From: an uncultured Candidatus Binatia bacterium
Lineage (GTDB): Bacteria; Desulfobacterota; Binatia; UBA9968; JAJDTQ01
Direction of reading: 5' to 3'
Assembly: GCA_964291295.2 (NCBI GenBank)
Contig: OZ219754.1
Coordinates: forward strand, 2,720,001-2,784,000
DNA: 64,000 bases
Position numbers and translations under genes: made by a program. The notes under the pieces are model-generated. The model was not told the origin of the DNA and did no database searches. It was given only the letters and a program-made list of their open reading frames with translations. This document shows, piece by piece, positions 48,894 through 59,800 of the stretch. Each line of letters starts with the position of its first letter. The first letter of the stretch is position 1.

Positions 48894-49496
48894 TCACACG
48901 CGCGCCGCGAACGGTCCGATGCCGAGCTTGTGCCTGATGATCTCGTCCCGCGTCAAGCCGTGGAGTTCATGGGGAAAGACCAGCCAGTGGTCCGTTTCGT
49001 GCACGTAATAATCGGGCTCACGGTCGGTCCGGTTGTTCGCCGGCTTGTAGTAGACGGTGGCAACGCGGGTGTCCTCCGGCGCGTTGCGGCGGGACCTGCT
49101 CTTCAGGTGCGCGAGGACGGCCTTGATACTGAGACCGCTGTCGAACACGTCGTCGACGAGCAGGAGTCCCTGGTCGGCGTCGACGTTGTCGATGATGTAT
49201 TGCATGCCGTGAACGCGGATGCGCGAGTCCGTCCGTCCGACCCCCTTGTAGAACGAGGTGCGGATGGCGATGTGGTCGGTCTCGATCCCGAAGTAGTCGA
49301 GCAACTCCTGCACCGCAATGCCCACCGGAGTGCCGCCCCGCCAGATGCCGACGATGAAGCTCGGACGAAAGCCGCTTTCCAGCACCTGCATGCCGAGCCG
49401 GAAGGAGTCCTCAAGCAGGGATTGCGCGTCGATGTAGGTCTTCCGGACAGTCGCGGGCTCGATGTGGGACAAGGGTTCCACTGGATATTCGACCAT
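48894..49496 (-). CDS. Purine phosphoribosyltransferase (hypoxanthine/xanthine PRT-like)
   Basis: GIWRGG, PRPP motif LLVDDVFDSG, WLVFPHE. Confidence 0.9.
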   Translation of the reverse strand: MVEYPVEPLSHIEPATVRKTYIDAQSLLEDSFRLGMQVLESGFRPSFIVGIWRGGTPVGIAVQELLDYFGIETDHIAIRTSFYKGVGRTDSRIRVHGMQYIIDNVDADQGLLLVDDVFDSGLSIKAVLAHLKSRSRRNAPEDTRVATVYYKPANNRTDREPDYYVHETDHWLVFPHELHGLTRDEIIRHKLGIGPFAARV

Positions 49497-49968
49497 CCAT
49501 CTTTCCTCTCGACAGGTGCGCGGGCGTGCGGCAGCGCCGGTGCGTGCACGGTGGTTCCCACCCTTTTATCGGAAATGCGTGATAGTGCAAGGGGAGACCC
49601 GAACAGAGCTTCCCCAAAGTACCCGCTGGATGTGTCCGCTGAATGATCCCATCCATGGAATCACTCAGCGCCGCCCGCGGCTGCAAGTTCCGACATCAAG
49701 CAGATGGAAGCCCGCGTTTTCGTCGTCATGGACGCCCGTGGGTCGAACACTCGAGAACTTCCTGGTGGGAGCGGCGGACACGTCACTCGACTGCCAGCAG
49801 GCACGGGACGCACTTCTTGCGGACTTCGAGAACCGGCCACCCGCCGCAAGAGCCGCCAAACGGCAATGGTTCGAGTTCCTCAAACTGCCTGGCGGCGGAC
49901 TGCATGGGGCGACGGTCGGGAAGACGGCGGGGGATTGAATTGAAACAATCGCGGGCGGGGCGTTCTCC

Positions 49969-51003
49969 TCACCAGCGCAGCGCACCGCGCAGCATGAGGC
50001 TCTGTTCGCCGTTGGTCCAGGGCCGGCTTGTGCCCTCGACTCCCAGGGCGACTCCCGAGCCCAGGCTGTAGCGCGCACCCAGGCGCAGCGTGCGCTCGCC
50101 CGACTCCGCCAGGCTGGGCCCGGCATACGGCGTCAGCGGCGCCGGGCCGGCGATGCCGATGCCGTGCCCCATCTCCGCCTCCAGGCGGCTCTCCCCCGCT
50201 CCGCTGTCCGTGGCCGGACCGTAGTCGAACAACCCCCTCACACCGCTTGCCGTGCGACCATGGGCCGGGCCGAAGCTCAGATAGCTCCCCCGCCCGTCGG
50301 CCCCGGGGTCAAGGCGCACCAAGGCGCTCACGCCCCATTCCTCCCGGTCCCGCTCGTGCACCGCCAGCATCCGGGCGCGCAACGCCGCGGTCAGACGGGC
50401 CCCGGGTCGCGCCAGATCACGCCGGCCCCCACCTCCACCCCGCCGCCCTGCCCAACGTCGCCGTCGTCATGACGCACGCCCACTTCCAGTGCCGGCGTCA
50501 GCGTCGCATCGCCCCCGACACGGTGCTCCCAGGACCCCTCCACCATCAGCCGCAGCCGGCTCGCCTTCACCGTCAGATCGGTCAGACCGCCGCCAGCCTC
50601 CGTGCCCAGTTGGACCAGGGAACCCTCCCCCTTCACCGCCAACCGCGTGGTGCCCCCGGCGATGAACTCCCGATCCTCCACCAGCACCCCGCGCCCGCCC
50701 GCCGCCGCAATCCACTGCGACAGGTCCGCCGTGCGCACCGCCGCGCCCGCCTCGGTGATCCGCACCTCGTCCGTCCCGTAGCCCGCACTCGCCCACAGCG
50801 TCGTGCCGTCCGCCCGCAGCCACGCCAGATAAGGGTTCACCGATACCACCCGGCTCTCGTGAATGCTTTTCGTCCGGTCGCCCCTCTTCGACACCGCATC
50901 CACCTTGCCCTTCGCATACGACACCGCCGCCCCGGCCAGCAGGTCCGGGCGAACCCGCACGTCCGCCCCCAGATACCCCGACCACAGCCCGCCCTCCCAG
51001 GAA
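49969..51003 (-). pseudogene. Truncated, frameshifted autotransporter beta-domain (paralog of 56849-60223)
   Basis: GLWSGYLGADVR..DLLAGAAVS, TLTPALEVGVRHD.GDVGQG, ends LMLRGALRW; frameshift near 50395; 5' part replaced by an IS remnant. Confidence 0.85.
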
Positions 51004-51663
51004 AGTCTCCTTCCGTCGACCGTGGGGGTCGGTGTAGCGCCCGTTGGCACGCGCAAACCCGCGGGTCCTGCCCAGCACCTGCCAGCCCGCCGCCTTGTAA
51101 AGCGTGCCCGCAAACAACCCCGGATCGCAGAACCTCTCGGCCACAAGCACCTGATGACCGTGCACCGCCAGCCAGTCCAAACTCAGCCGGCGAATCATCC
51201 GCGCCACGAAATGGGAGGCAAGGTTCGGAAACACACCGGGCTCGGAGAGCACCAGAAGGCGCGTGTTGTTGGCGATCAGACCCGGACGCTCGAACGGCTG
51301 CTTCGACCGCCAGCCGTCCAACCGTCCCGCGATCGGCACTTGAAGGCGCCGTTCTGCCACGCCGCCAAGCAACGGCCTCTGAAGGTCGCCACATGACGAA
51401 GGCCGCGGCCTGCCAGACGGCGAAAGCCCGGATAAGGATGCCTGTCCATCAGCACGTCCCAGTCCGGACACTCCTCCGGTTTCACCAGACGCACCTCCAC
51501 CTCCGACAGCGAATACCCTTCCGGTGCCTCACCGTGGATCACGCTCGACCCCTTGCAGATGCGTCCCGATATTCCCCAAGCATGACTGCCCCAGCGCAAG
51601 AACGTCAGTGCCTGACCCCAAACCTCCCCCACCCGCCCAAACTCGCAGCGTGGGACAGCCCTG
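51001..51663 (-). mobile_element. Degenerate ISAs1-like element remnant with DUF4338 (DruA-like) domain
   Basis: EVRLV..WDVLMDRH..G.GLR.VA, W..GAFKC..RDGW, IANNTRLLVL..PNLAS..RRLS.DW..F.DP..F.GTLYKAAGW..LGRTRG split across frames; left end CAGGGC... at 51663. Confidence 0.7.
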
Positions 51664-51767
51664 GAGACCCGGAAGCCCGCCTGGTGGAGTCGGAGCGGTG
51701 GTGCGGATCGCCGGGATCGGCAGCGGAACCCGCCCCCGTTATCCTGATGCCGATCCGCCGACCCGCA

Positions 51768-52568
51768 TCACGAGACGGTCCGCGCCAGGGTCAGCACCCG
51801 CACTTCCCGCGCGCCGGAGCGCAACAGGACGCGAGTGCACTCGTTGAGGGTGGCCCCCGAAGTGTAGATGTCGTCCACCAGCAGCAGCCGCTTGCCGTCG
51901 ACGGTGCGGCGTGGGGCCATGGCGAAGATGCCGCGCAAGTTGGCCTGGCGTTCCCTCAGGGTCAGCGTGCTCTGAGGGGGCGTCGCCGTCGGCTTGGTCA
52001 ACGCAAGGGGATCCAGCCGGATTCCCCACGCCCGGGCCACCTCCCGGCCCAGCAACACCGACTGGTTGAAACCCCGCCAGCGCAGCCGCCGCGGGTGCAG
52101 GGGAACCGGAATGACCAGATCCAGGTCGGACGTCCGGAACCACGGCTCGCAGACCCGCACCATGAGCCGCCCCAGGGGGCGTCCCAGAAACGCCTTGCGA
52201 CCGTACTTGAAGCGGTGAATGACCTGCCGGAGCGGATCGGACGGATCCGGATTGCGTGGATAGCAAGCCCCGCTTCGCGCCATGGAAAAAAGCGGCGGCC
52301 GCAGCAGGCAGCCGCCGCACAGGTGGTTGCCCTGCCATGCGTGTGGATACGGCAGGCCGCACTGCGAGCAGAACGGTGGCCGGACCCACTGGATCCTGTC
52401 CTCGCACGAATCGCAGAAACAACCCGGTGCGGTGGCTGGGAGCCAAGCCTCACAGGCATCGCAGCAAGGCGGGAACACGACATCCAGTATCGTGTTAAGC
52501 ACTCGCCGTACCAACAGCGCCAAGGCCCCCGATTCGACAGGCTTCCCGGTGTCCACATGAACAGACAA
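51768..52568 (-). CDS. comF: ComF family protein (double zinc ribbon + PRTase)
   Basis: FPPCC..C, C..C pairs, PVPLH..R...RGFNQS, LLVDDIYTSGAT. Confidence 0.92.
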   Translation of the reverse strand: MSVHVDTGKPVESGALALLVRRVLNTILDVVFPPCCDACEAWLPATAPGCFCDSCEDRIQWVRPPFCSQCGLPYPHAWQGNHLCGGCLLRPPLFSMARSGACYPRNPDPSDPLRQVIHRFKYGRKAFLGRPLGRLMVRVCEPWFRTSDLDLVIPVPLHPRRLRWRGFNQSVLLGREVARAWGIRLDPLALTKPTATPPQSTLTLRERQANLRGIFAMAPRRTVDGKRLLLVDDIYTSGATLNECTRVLLRSGAREVRVLTLARTVS

Positions 52569-52710
52569 TCGACATGCGGGGGCAAATCCTTAGAAGGATT
52601 TCAAGGCAGTCTGCAAGACGGCCGAGGTCGGAGGTCCGCCGCAGCGGCGCCGGGCGAGACACGATACCGTGCCTGGCCACGGCGATCCGGCGGCCTTCTC
52701 CACACTTTCG

Positions 52711-54078
52711 CTACAGGTAGTCTTCCAGCTTCACCTTGTCCATGAAGGGATACTCCAGCAACTCGTATTCCGCGGGGTCGACGTCGTCGGGGATGGTGGC
52801 GTCGATGCCCATCTTGGAGGTGGTGGGAAGCGAACCCTTGGGCAGGCGGGAGGCCTTGAGGGTGGGATCGAGGTGCTTGCCGCGGGCGCCGGAGACGATG
52901 AGCACGTCCTGGTCCGGCTGGACCCGGAAGGCCATGGCGCGTTCCACCGCCATGGGATCGGTGAGGTCCACGTCACCGTCGGTCACGACCGCGAGCTTGA
53001 GGGCGTGGAGCGACAGGAGCGCCAGCAACGCGTTCTTGCCTTCGCCGGGGCGCTTGTCGATGGCGGCGTAGAGGTGCCAGTAACAGGCGCTGCCGGGAGT
53101 GGCGTAGACCGCCTCCGTCCGGATGCTGGCCTCGCGCAGCGCGCGCCATCCGGCGGCCTCCAGCGGCGGCGCCTCAAGCCAGTCGTTCTCCCAGGGCATC
53201 AGGATGGTGGGGAGGATCGGGTTGCGACGGTGCGTCACCGCTTTCACCTTGAAGACCGGATTCCAGCGAATCGAACATTGGTGCCCGGTGAAGTCGCCGT
53301 AGCGCCCCTCGTCGATGGTCCAGCCGTCGGTGGAGATCTCCCCTTCCAGAACGATCTCGGCATGGGCCGGCACCTCCAGGTCCACGGTCCGGCATTTCAC
53401 CAGCGGCACCGGCCTTCCGTACAGGGCGCCGGCCACCGCAAACTCGTCATGGCCCGGGGGCGCCTTGTAGGCAGCCGCGATGAGTTCCGGCGTCCCCGTG
53501 CCGAAGGCGATGGCCACCGGCAGCGGCTGGTTCCGCTTCAGGGCCGCCTCGTAGCTGAAGCGCATGTCCGACGGCGACACCAGGTCGATACTGGTCTCCC
53601 GGCGAGTCCGGTACATGAGCCGGTAGCAGCCGGCGTTGCGGCGCCCCGCCGCGTCCTTGGACACCGAGATGCCGGCGGAGAGATAGGGTCCGCCGTCCTT
53701 CCGGTGCTGGAAGGGAATGGGAAGGTCGGTCAGGTCCACTTCGTCGCCGGTCTTCACCACCTCCTGAACCGGGCCGCTGTCCACCACCTCGGCCGGCACG
53801 GGATGGTCCAGGGCATTCATGAACGTCTGTCCGAGGGTCTTCTGGTCGCAGCCGAGGCCCAATGCAACCCTCTGGCGCGAGCCCGCCAGACCGCCCACCA
53901 CCGGCATCGCGTAACCTTCGACGTTTTCCATCAACAACGCGGTTTCGGACTGGGCCAGCAGCGTGTGGAGATGGCGGGCGTCCACCGGCCGGGTGATCCG
54001 CCGGAGCTGGCCCCGGGACTCCAGCAATGCCATCAGGCCGCGCATGTCGTGGTACGGCAGTCTCCGCACGTCACCCAT
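52711..54078 (-). CDS. UbiD family (prFMN-dependent) decarboxylase
   Basis: KDGGPY, NAGCYR, LEVPAHAEIVLEG, EGRYGDFTG, LDP, KMGIDAT. Confidence 0.93.
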   Translation of the reverse strand: MGDVRRLPYHDMRGLMALLESRGQLRRITRPVDARHLHTLLAQSETALLMENVEGYAMPVVGGLAGSRQRVALGLGCDQKTLGQTFMNALDHPVPAEVVDSGPVQEVVKTGDEVDLTDLPIPFQHRKDGGPYLSAGISVSKDAAGRRNAGCYRLMYRTRRETSIDLVSPSDMRFSYEAALKRNQPLPVAIAFGTGTPELIAAAYKAPPGHDEFAVAGALYGRPVPLVKCRTVDLEVPAHAEIVLEGEISTDGWTIDEGRYGDFTGHQCSIRWNPVFKVKAVTHRRNPILPTILMPWENDWLEAPPLEAAGWRALREASIRTEAVYATPGSACYWHLYAAIDKRPGEGKNALLALLSLHALKLAVVTDGDVDLTDPMAVERAMAFRVQPDQDVLIVSGARGKHLDPTLKASRLPKGSLPTTSKMGIDATIPDDVDPAEYELLEYPFMDKVKLEDYL

Positions 54079-54292
54079 GTCCGGAGGGATCCTTGCCCCC
54101 GCCAGCCCCCTTGGCGACATAACGACCGGTTTCGATCTCCCGGTCGAGACAATCCGCTTCCCGCAGCCGGCCCCAAGCCTGGAGCACCACCCGATAGGGT
54201 CGTTCACCGAATTGCAGCAGAATGTCCTCGAAGTGGAGCGGGCCGTCCTGCAGGCGCTCGAGTATCTTTTTTGCCAGCGTCTCGGGACTCAT
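54071..54292 (-). CDS. Small hypothetical protein (possible winged-helix fold)
   Basis: 73 aa, tightly packed between amidohydrolase and ubiD (overlaps ubiD start). Confidence 0.65.
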   Translation of the reverse strand: MSPETLAKKILERLQDGPLHFEDILLQFGERPYRVVLQAWGRLREADCLDREIETGRYVAKGAGGGKDPSGHG

Positions 54293-54302
54293 GCCGGTCC
54301 GG

Positions 54303-55421
54303 TCACAGGTTGAGAAAGCGCTTGCCGTTGGTGCTCAGGATCTTCCACTTGAGATCCTCGGAAAGGTCGTTCCGTTCCAGCAGTTCCTGCCTGGCGCCTT
54401 CGCGCGCCTCGGCGTGGGGCATGTCGCCCTCGAACAGCAGCCGGTCCTCACCCAGATACTCGGCCACCTGGGGCAGGAAGATCTCGTCCGCCTCCGGAGT
54501 GAAGTAGACCTCACTCTGCCTGAGGGTTTCCGACACCGGTTGCCTGACCGGCAACGGCAGCCCCAGGGCGCCGTCCGCATGGTGGTAGTGATCGATGCGC
54601 TGCACCAGATAGGGCACCCACTGGACGCCGATTTCCATGAAAGCCACCTTGATGCGCGGGTGCCGCTCGAGAATGCCGCCGCCCAGAAAGCTGTAGAACC
54701 CCATCATGACCGGCAGGGTGAAGCCCAGGGCACGGGAACCCGAAACGTCGTCCATGCTCCGGGTGATGCCGGGGTGACTCCAGCCGGCGTGGATGGCCAA
54801 GGGGACCCCGAGCCGCTCCACCTCGGCAAAGAACTCTTCGTAGTAGCGGTCGTGCAGCATGGTCTCGCCCACGGTGCCGTAAATTCCCGCCACCGAAGCT
54901 CCCAGTTTCAGGCTGTGGTCGAGTTCGGCAAGGGCCAGACGGGGATCCCTCATGGGCAGGATGGCACCCCATTTCAGGCGGTCCGGCCGTTCCGCGCAGG
55001 CGGACGCCATCCAGGTGTTGTAGCTGCGCATCAGCGCCGCCTCGAACAGGAGGTCGTCGGTGAGGGGCTGGAGAAACACCGTGGAGAACACCACCTGCAT
55101 GTCGATGCCCACCGCGTCCATATCCTTGAGCCGGGCGGGGATGTCGGTCATGGTCTGGGAACCGATGCTGTACTCCTTCTGCGTTGCGAAGCGCATCTCG
55201 ACGGGGGTGCCATATACCAAGGTTCCGTGGCCCACCGGCTTCGGATAGACGGTGCCGTCGATGTACCAGAAGGCGTTCATGCCCCCCAGGGCCGGCAGGT
55301 CCCGGGCCACCACCGGGAAGGGTTTGCGATCCGCGTATTTCGGGTCGAGGTGCTCCCAGGCCTCCTGTGGCTCCTCGACGTGCGAGTCGATGTCGATGAC
55401 CGGTAGTGCGTCCTTGCTCAC
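54303..55421 (-). CDS. Amidohydrolase_2 family protein (ACMSD/LigW-like superfamily)
   Basis: IDIDSHV.E, RSYN.W, AIH, MEIGV.WVP, FEGDMPH. Confidence 0.9.
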   Translation of the reverse strand: MSKDALPVIDIDSHVEEPQEAWEHLDPKYADRKPFPVVARDLPALGGMNAFWYIDGTVYPKPVGHGTLVYGTPVEMRFATQKEYSIGSQTMTDIPARLKDMDAVGIDMQVVFSTVFLQPLTDDLLFEAALMRSYNTWMASACAERPDRLKWGAILPMRDPRLALAELDHSLKLGASVAGIYGTVGETMLHDRYYEEFFAEVERLGVPLAIHAGWSHPGITRSMDDVSGSRALGFTLPVMMGFYSFLGGGILERHPRIKVAFMEIGVQWVPYLVQRIDHYHHADGALGLPLPVRQPVSETLRQSEVYFTPEADEIFLPQVAEYLGEDRLLFEGDMPHAEAREGARQELLERNDLSEDLKWKILSTNGKRFLNL

Positions 55422-55595
55422 GGGAACCTCCCTGCGCGGACCTTCGAACAGGCCCGCCTTGTTCTTGCGCTGCGCGGAAGCGGGTCGTCACCACCTCCCG
55501 CTCGCTCTGCCGTACCCTTCGGCGAGTCGCTTCCATGCATCGGCTTGCAGCCCATCAGCGGCCCGCCGCTGTCGGATCGGCCCGCCGCTCTCCGT

Positions 55596-56117
55596 TCATT
55601 CCGGTGCCGGGATGACGCTGCCGCAGTCGGTGCAGGTCCTGAGCCTCTCGTCGCCGTAGAACGCCCGGTGGACCTGGCCCACCGGGTCGTCGCCGTAGTT
55701 GTCCACGGTGACCTCCACCTCGTATACCTTCTTGCCGCAGGTCTCGCAAAACCACATGAACCGATCCCGCTCGCCAGACCGCCGCACCCGCTCGAACACC
55801 AGGAACCATGTGTCGTCTTCCACCCGCGGGGAATGCGGCACACCCCCCGGACACAAGGTCATCTGGCCCGGCCCCATGACCACGACCTTTTCCCGACCGT
55901 CCTCCGTGAGGCAGTGAAGGCGCTGTTCGCCCTTGAGCACCAGCGTCACTTCGTCGCTCGGGTCCACGTGGAAATCCATGCGGCGCTTGCGCCCGCGGCT
56001 CAGGAACGCGATGGACTCGGAGTCCTGCCACACCACCGCGCGTCCCCTGCCCTCTGCCGCGGTCTTCTCCATGAGCGCCTGGATGTCGATGCGCTCCAGT
56101 GCCTTCATGACGTTCAT
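55596..56117 (-). CDS. 3-hydroxyanthranilate 3,4-dioxygenase-like cupin
   Basis: R.DFHVDPSDE, PHSP, LVFER, WFCETC and RTCTDCG rubredoxin-like site. Confidence 0.82.
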   Translation of the reverse strand: MNVMKALERIDIQALMEKTAAEGRGRAVVWQDSESIAFLSRGRKRRMDFHVDPSDEVTLVLKGEQRLHCLTEDGREKVVVMGPGQMTLCPGGVPHSPRVEDDTWFLVFERVRRSGERDRFMWFCETCGKKVYEVEVTVDNYGDDPVGQVHRAFYGDERLRTCTDCGSVIPAPE

Positions 56118-56848
56118 GACGCCTCTCCCCGTATCCGCCTGCGAGAACAGTTCGCCCCGGCCCGGTGCGCCGGCGGCCGGGGCCGTTTCGAAAACACGCC
56201 GGTCCGTGGCCTCGTGTGTTCCTTCCATCGAAAGCCGTTGGAGCCTACCATGAAACGCACCTGGAATCCCGTGAGCCACGAAGTTGTCCCCGGGTGACTC
56301 ACCGGACGAACACCAGGGCAGGCACGATCCCCAATGCCTCCGAGTCGTTCGAAGGCCATGTCCCGCCCCGGGTCTTTCCCTGTCGCGGCCTCTTCGCAGG
56401 GCAGCCGACCGCGGCCCGGATGCAGCTGCCGAAGCCGATGAACCACGCGCCGGCAGAGTCCATCTTGACTGTTGGTGGTCGGGGGAGTAGCTTGCAATCT
56501 TTCTTTTTCATGGTGCAGTTGTCGGGCAATTTGTGTCCAACGGCATGAATTGGCTGTTTCCTATGGGCGATTCCATAACGATCATTTAAGTAATGGCGAT
56601 TCCACCCTTGGCAGGTACACCCGTAGTCTGTGCATTTCCCGGATGCGGCGCCATGCGTGCATACCATACTTGCCCGGGAACCGGGGCCACGACGAACCCC
56701 TCCAGCGGACCGGGTGGCAATATCACCGGCTCGGAAGACTTGCCATGACATCACGATGTCCCGGTCCTCGTCTGGCCATCCAGCCTCCCCGAGCCGCCCA
56801 GGGCCGCAAGACACGGCTTGACGACACCATGACAACAAGTCGGCGCTC

Positions 56849-59800
56849 ATGATGCCCCCAAGGTGCAGACGCGGGACGGTGTTGATGGACGTCCTCCACA
56901 GAGCAGGCCGCTGCCTGAACCGGATGCTGCTTGCCTTCTTCCTTGTCCCCGCGACTCCCGCCACTGATCCGGCAACGGCCCAGGAGGCTCTGACAATCTC
57001 GGTAACGGACACAAGCGTGGCCGAGGGGGACGAGGGCGAAACGAACATGGCGTTCACGGTGACCTTGAGCGGCACGCCCAGCCACCGGGTCAGGGTGCAG
57101 GTGACGGCGCTGCTCGGTGTGGGAGGGAAGAGACCCAGGGGTGCGGGTACGGCCCAGGCCGTACGCGGGCCCGGACGCGACTTCATACCCTTCCAGGAAG
57201 ATGTCTTCTTCGAAAAAGGCGCTTCCGGGGCGAAACTGACCCGGACCGTGAACGTCCGGGTGCTCGGCGACCTGAGGGTGGAACCTGATGAGACGGTCAT
57301 CCTGCGGGTGAACAATCTCAGGACGGAGGATGCGAGAGTGGCCTTGGCCGGTGGCGGGACGAGGATCGATGCCACCGGCACCATCACCAATGACGATCAG
57401 ATGGACACCGCCACCAGCCCGCCTGCCAGGCCGGCAGATTTCAGGGCCACGGCGGGCAACGGCCAAGTGACGTTGATGTGGACCGATCCGGGTGGCGGGA
57501 CGATCACCGGGTATGAGTGGCGGCAAAGAGAAGGCGCCAACGACTGGATCGACTGGACCGACATCCCCGGCTCCGGCGCGGCGACCACCAGCTACATCGT
57601 GAAAGGTCTGACCAACAACACGGTCTATCGTTTTCAGGTCCGTGCGGTGAACAGCATCGGCACCGGTGCGGCCTCCGACGAAAGGAGCGCGACGCCGGCA
57701 CCCGGCACGCTGGTTCTCTCCGTGGAAGATGCAAGCGTGGCCGAGGGGGACGAGGGCGAGACCGACATGGTGTTCACGTTGACCCTGAGTGGCACGCCCC
57801 ATCACGATGTCATCGTGCGGGTGGCGACGGCGGTCGAAGCGGACAACACAGCCACGGCCACCCGCGCGACCCCGGACGAAGAGGTGGCGGTGCGCGACTT
57901 CGTTCTCTTGCGCAAGGCGCCTGTCTTTGAGGCGAACGCGACCGGAGCGGCGCTTGTCAAGACCGTGGTCGTCAAAGTGCTGGGAGACCGGACCGTGGAA
58001 CCCGATGAGACCTTCATCCTGCGGGTGAGCCTTCTCAGGACGGAGGACAATCGAGTGGCCCTGGCCGGTGGCGGGACGCAGATCGATGCCATTGGCACGA
58101 TCCTCAACGACGATCAGCCGGACAACGGTGGCGGCGGAACCGATACCACCGGCACCCCCGGCGTGACCGTGACGCCGACGGCGCTGAGGGTGGAGGAAGG
58201 CGGGAGCGCCAGTTACACGGTGGTGCTGGACACGCCGCCGTCAGGCGATGTGACGGTGCGAGTGGGCGGCGCCTCGAGCGCCGTCTCGCTGGCCGGGGCA
58301 CCGCTGACCTTCACCACCGGGACTTGGGACACCCCGCAGAGGGTGACGGTGACCGGCGTCCGGGACGAGGACACGGCCGGCGCCACGGCGACGCTGACCC
58401 ACAGCGCCTCCGGTGGCGGCTACGGCGCGGTGGACATCGCCTCGGTGACGGTGGCGGTCATCGACGCGACGCCCACCCTGCAACTGCGGATCGACCCCGA
58501 TGCGGTGTTCGAGGGGACGGCCATCAGCCTTGCGGTCACGTCGGACAGGGCCTTGGCCGGCACGCTGCCGGTCAGCCTGACGCTGTCGGACCGCGGTTCG
58601 AGCGGGTTCACGGCGGACGACATCCCCGGTTCGCTCGGTCCCAGGGTGTTCGACGCCGACTTCGGCACCGGCACGACCGGAACGGTGACGATCCCGACCC
58701 GCGCCGACGGCATCGCCGAGGGCACGGAGACCTACCGGGTCACGCTGAACGATGTGACGGGTTACGCGGTGGGCCGCGACGTCACGGCCGAAGGCACACT
58801 GAACGAAGGTCCGTCCGGGGCTGCCGCGCGGGCGAACCAGGTCAACGCCGCGGTGCTGCCGCAAGTGACCGGAGCGATGTTGTCGCAGACCCTGAAGACG
58901 GTCACGGACCGCATCCAGGCGGCGGCCGGTGACATTGTTTGTTCGGTGCGGTTCGGCACCGTGCCGGCGCCCCGCGCCGGGCGGCGGCGGGATGACCCGC
59001 GGTACGTGAAGCAGCCCGGCCCGCGCCTTCGACAGCTGCTGGACGGTGCGGCATTCACCCTGGCGCCCGGAACAGCCGCGGGCTGCGAAGAAGAGGGGCT
59101 GTCGACAGGAGTGGTGTGGGGCCGCGGCGCATGGTTGTCACTGTCGGGCTCGGAGCCGAACATCGCGTGGGACGGCAGGCTCTGGTCCGCGCATCTCGGG
59201 GCGGACATGCGCCTGCGTCCCGACCTGCTGGCCGGGGCCGCGGTGTCCCATGCCAAAGGGGAGATCGACGCCGAGTCGGCCGGCGGCGGCCACCGGACAA
59301 AGAGTACGCACAAGACGACCCTCACCTCCGTCCATCCCTACCTGGCGTGGCTGATGGCGGACGGCTCGAACCTGTGGGTCAGCGTCGGCCATGGATGGGG
59401 CGAGGTGCGGCTTGCCGGGGAGAATGCGCCGGCGCGCACCGCGGACCTGACCCGGTGGAGCGCGGCGGCGGGCGGACGGGATGTGCTGGCCGAGGATCCG
59501 GACTTGATCCCCGGGGGCGTGACGCGGCTGGCGGTAAAAGGCGAGGGCTCGGTGGCGTGGCTCGACACGGACGCCGGCGACGGGCTGACGGCGCTGGCGG
59601 TGAACATGAGCTGGCTGCGCCTGGCGCTGCAGGGGTCCTACGAATACGCCACCGGGGACGAGGCAACCCTGACCCCGGCACTGGAGGCGGGCGTGCGCCA
59701 TGACGGCGGCGATGTCGGCCAGGGCGTTGGCGTCGAGGTGGGGGCGGGCGTGACCTGGCGCCAACCGGCGGCCGGTCTGACGGTCGCACTGCGCACGCGG

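Noticed and set aside
49640-49940. Protein-like fragments (MEARVFVVMDA.../TLENFLVGAAD...QWFEFLKLPGG) between the PRTase and the autotransporter fragment
   Set aside because: Possibly a gene relic, but no family is recognisable and there is no coherent ORF.
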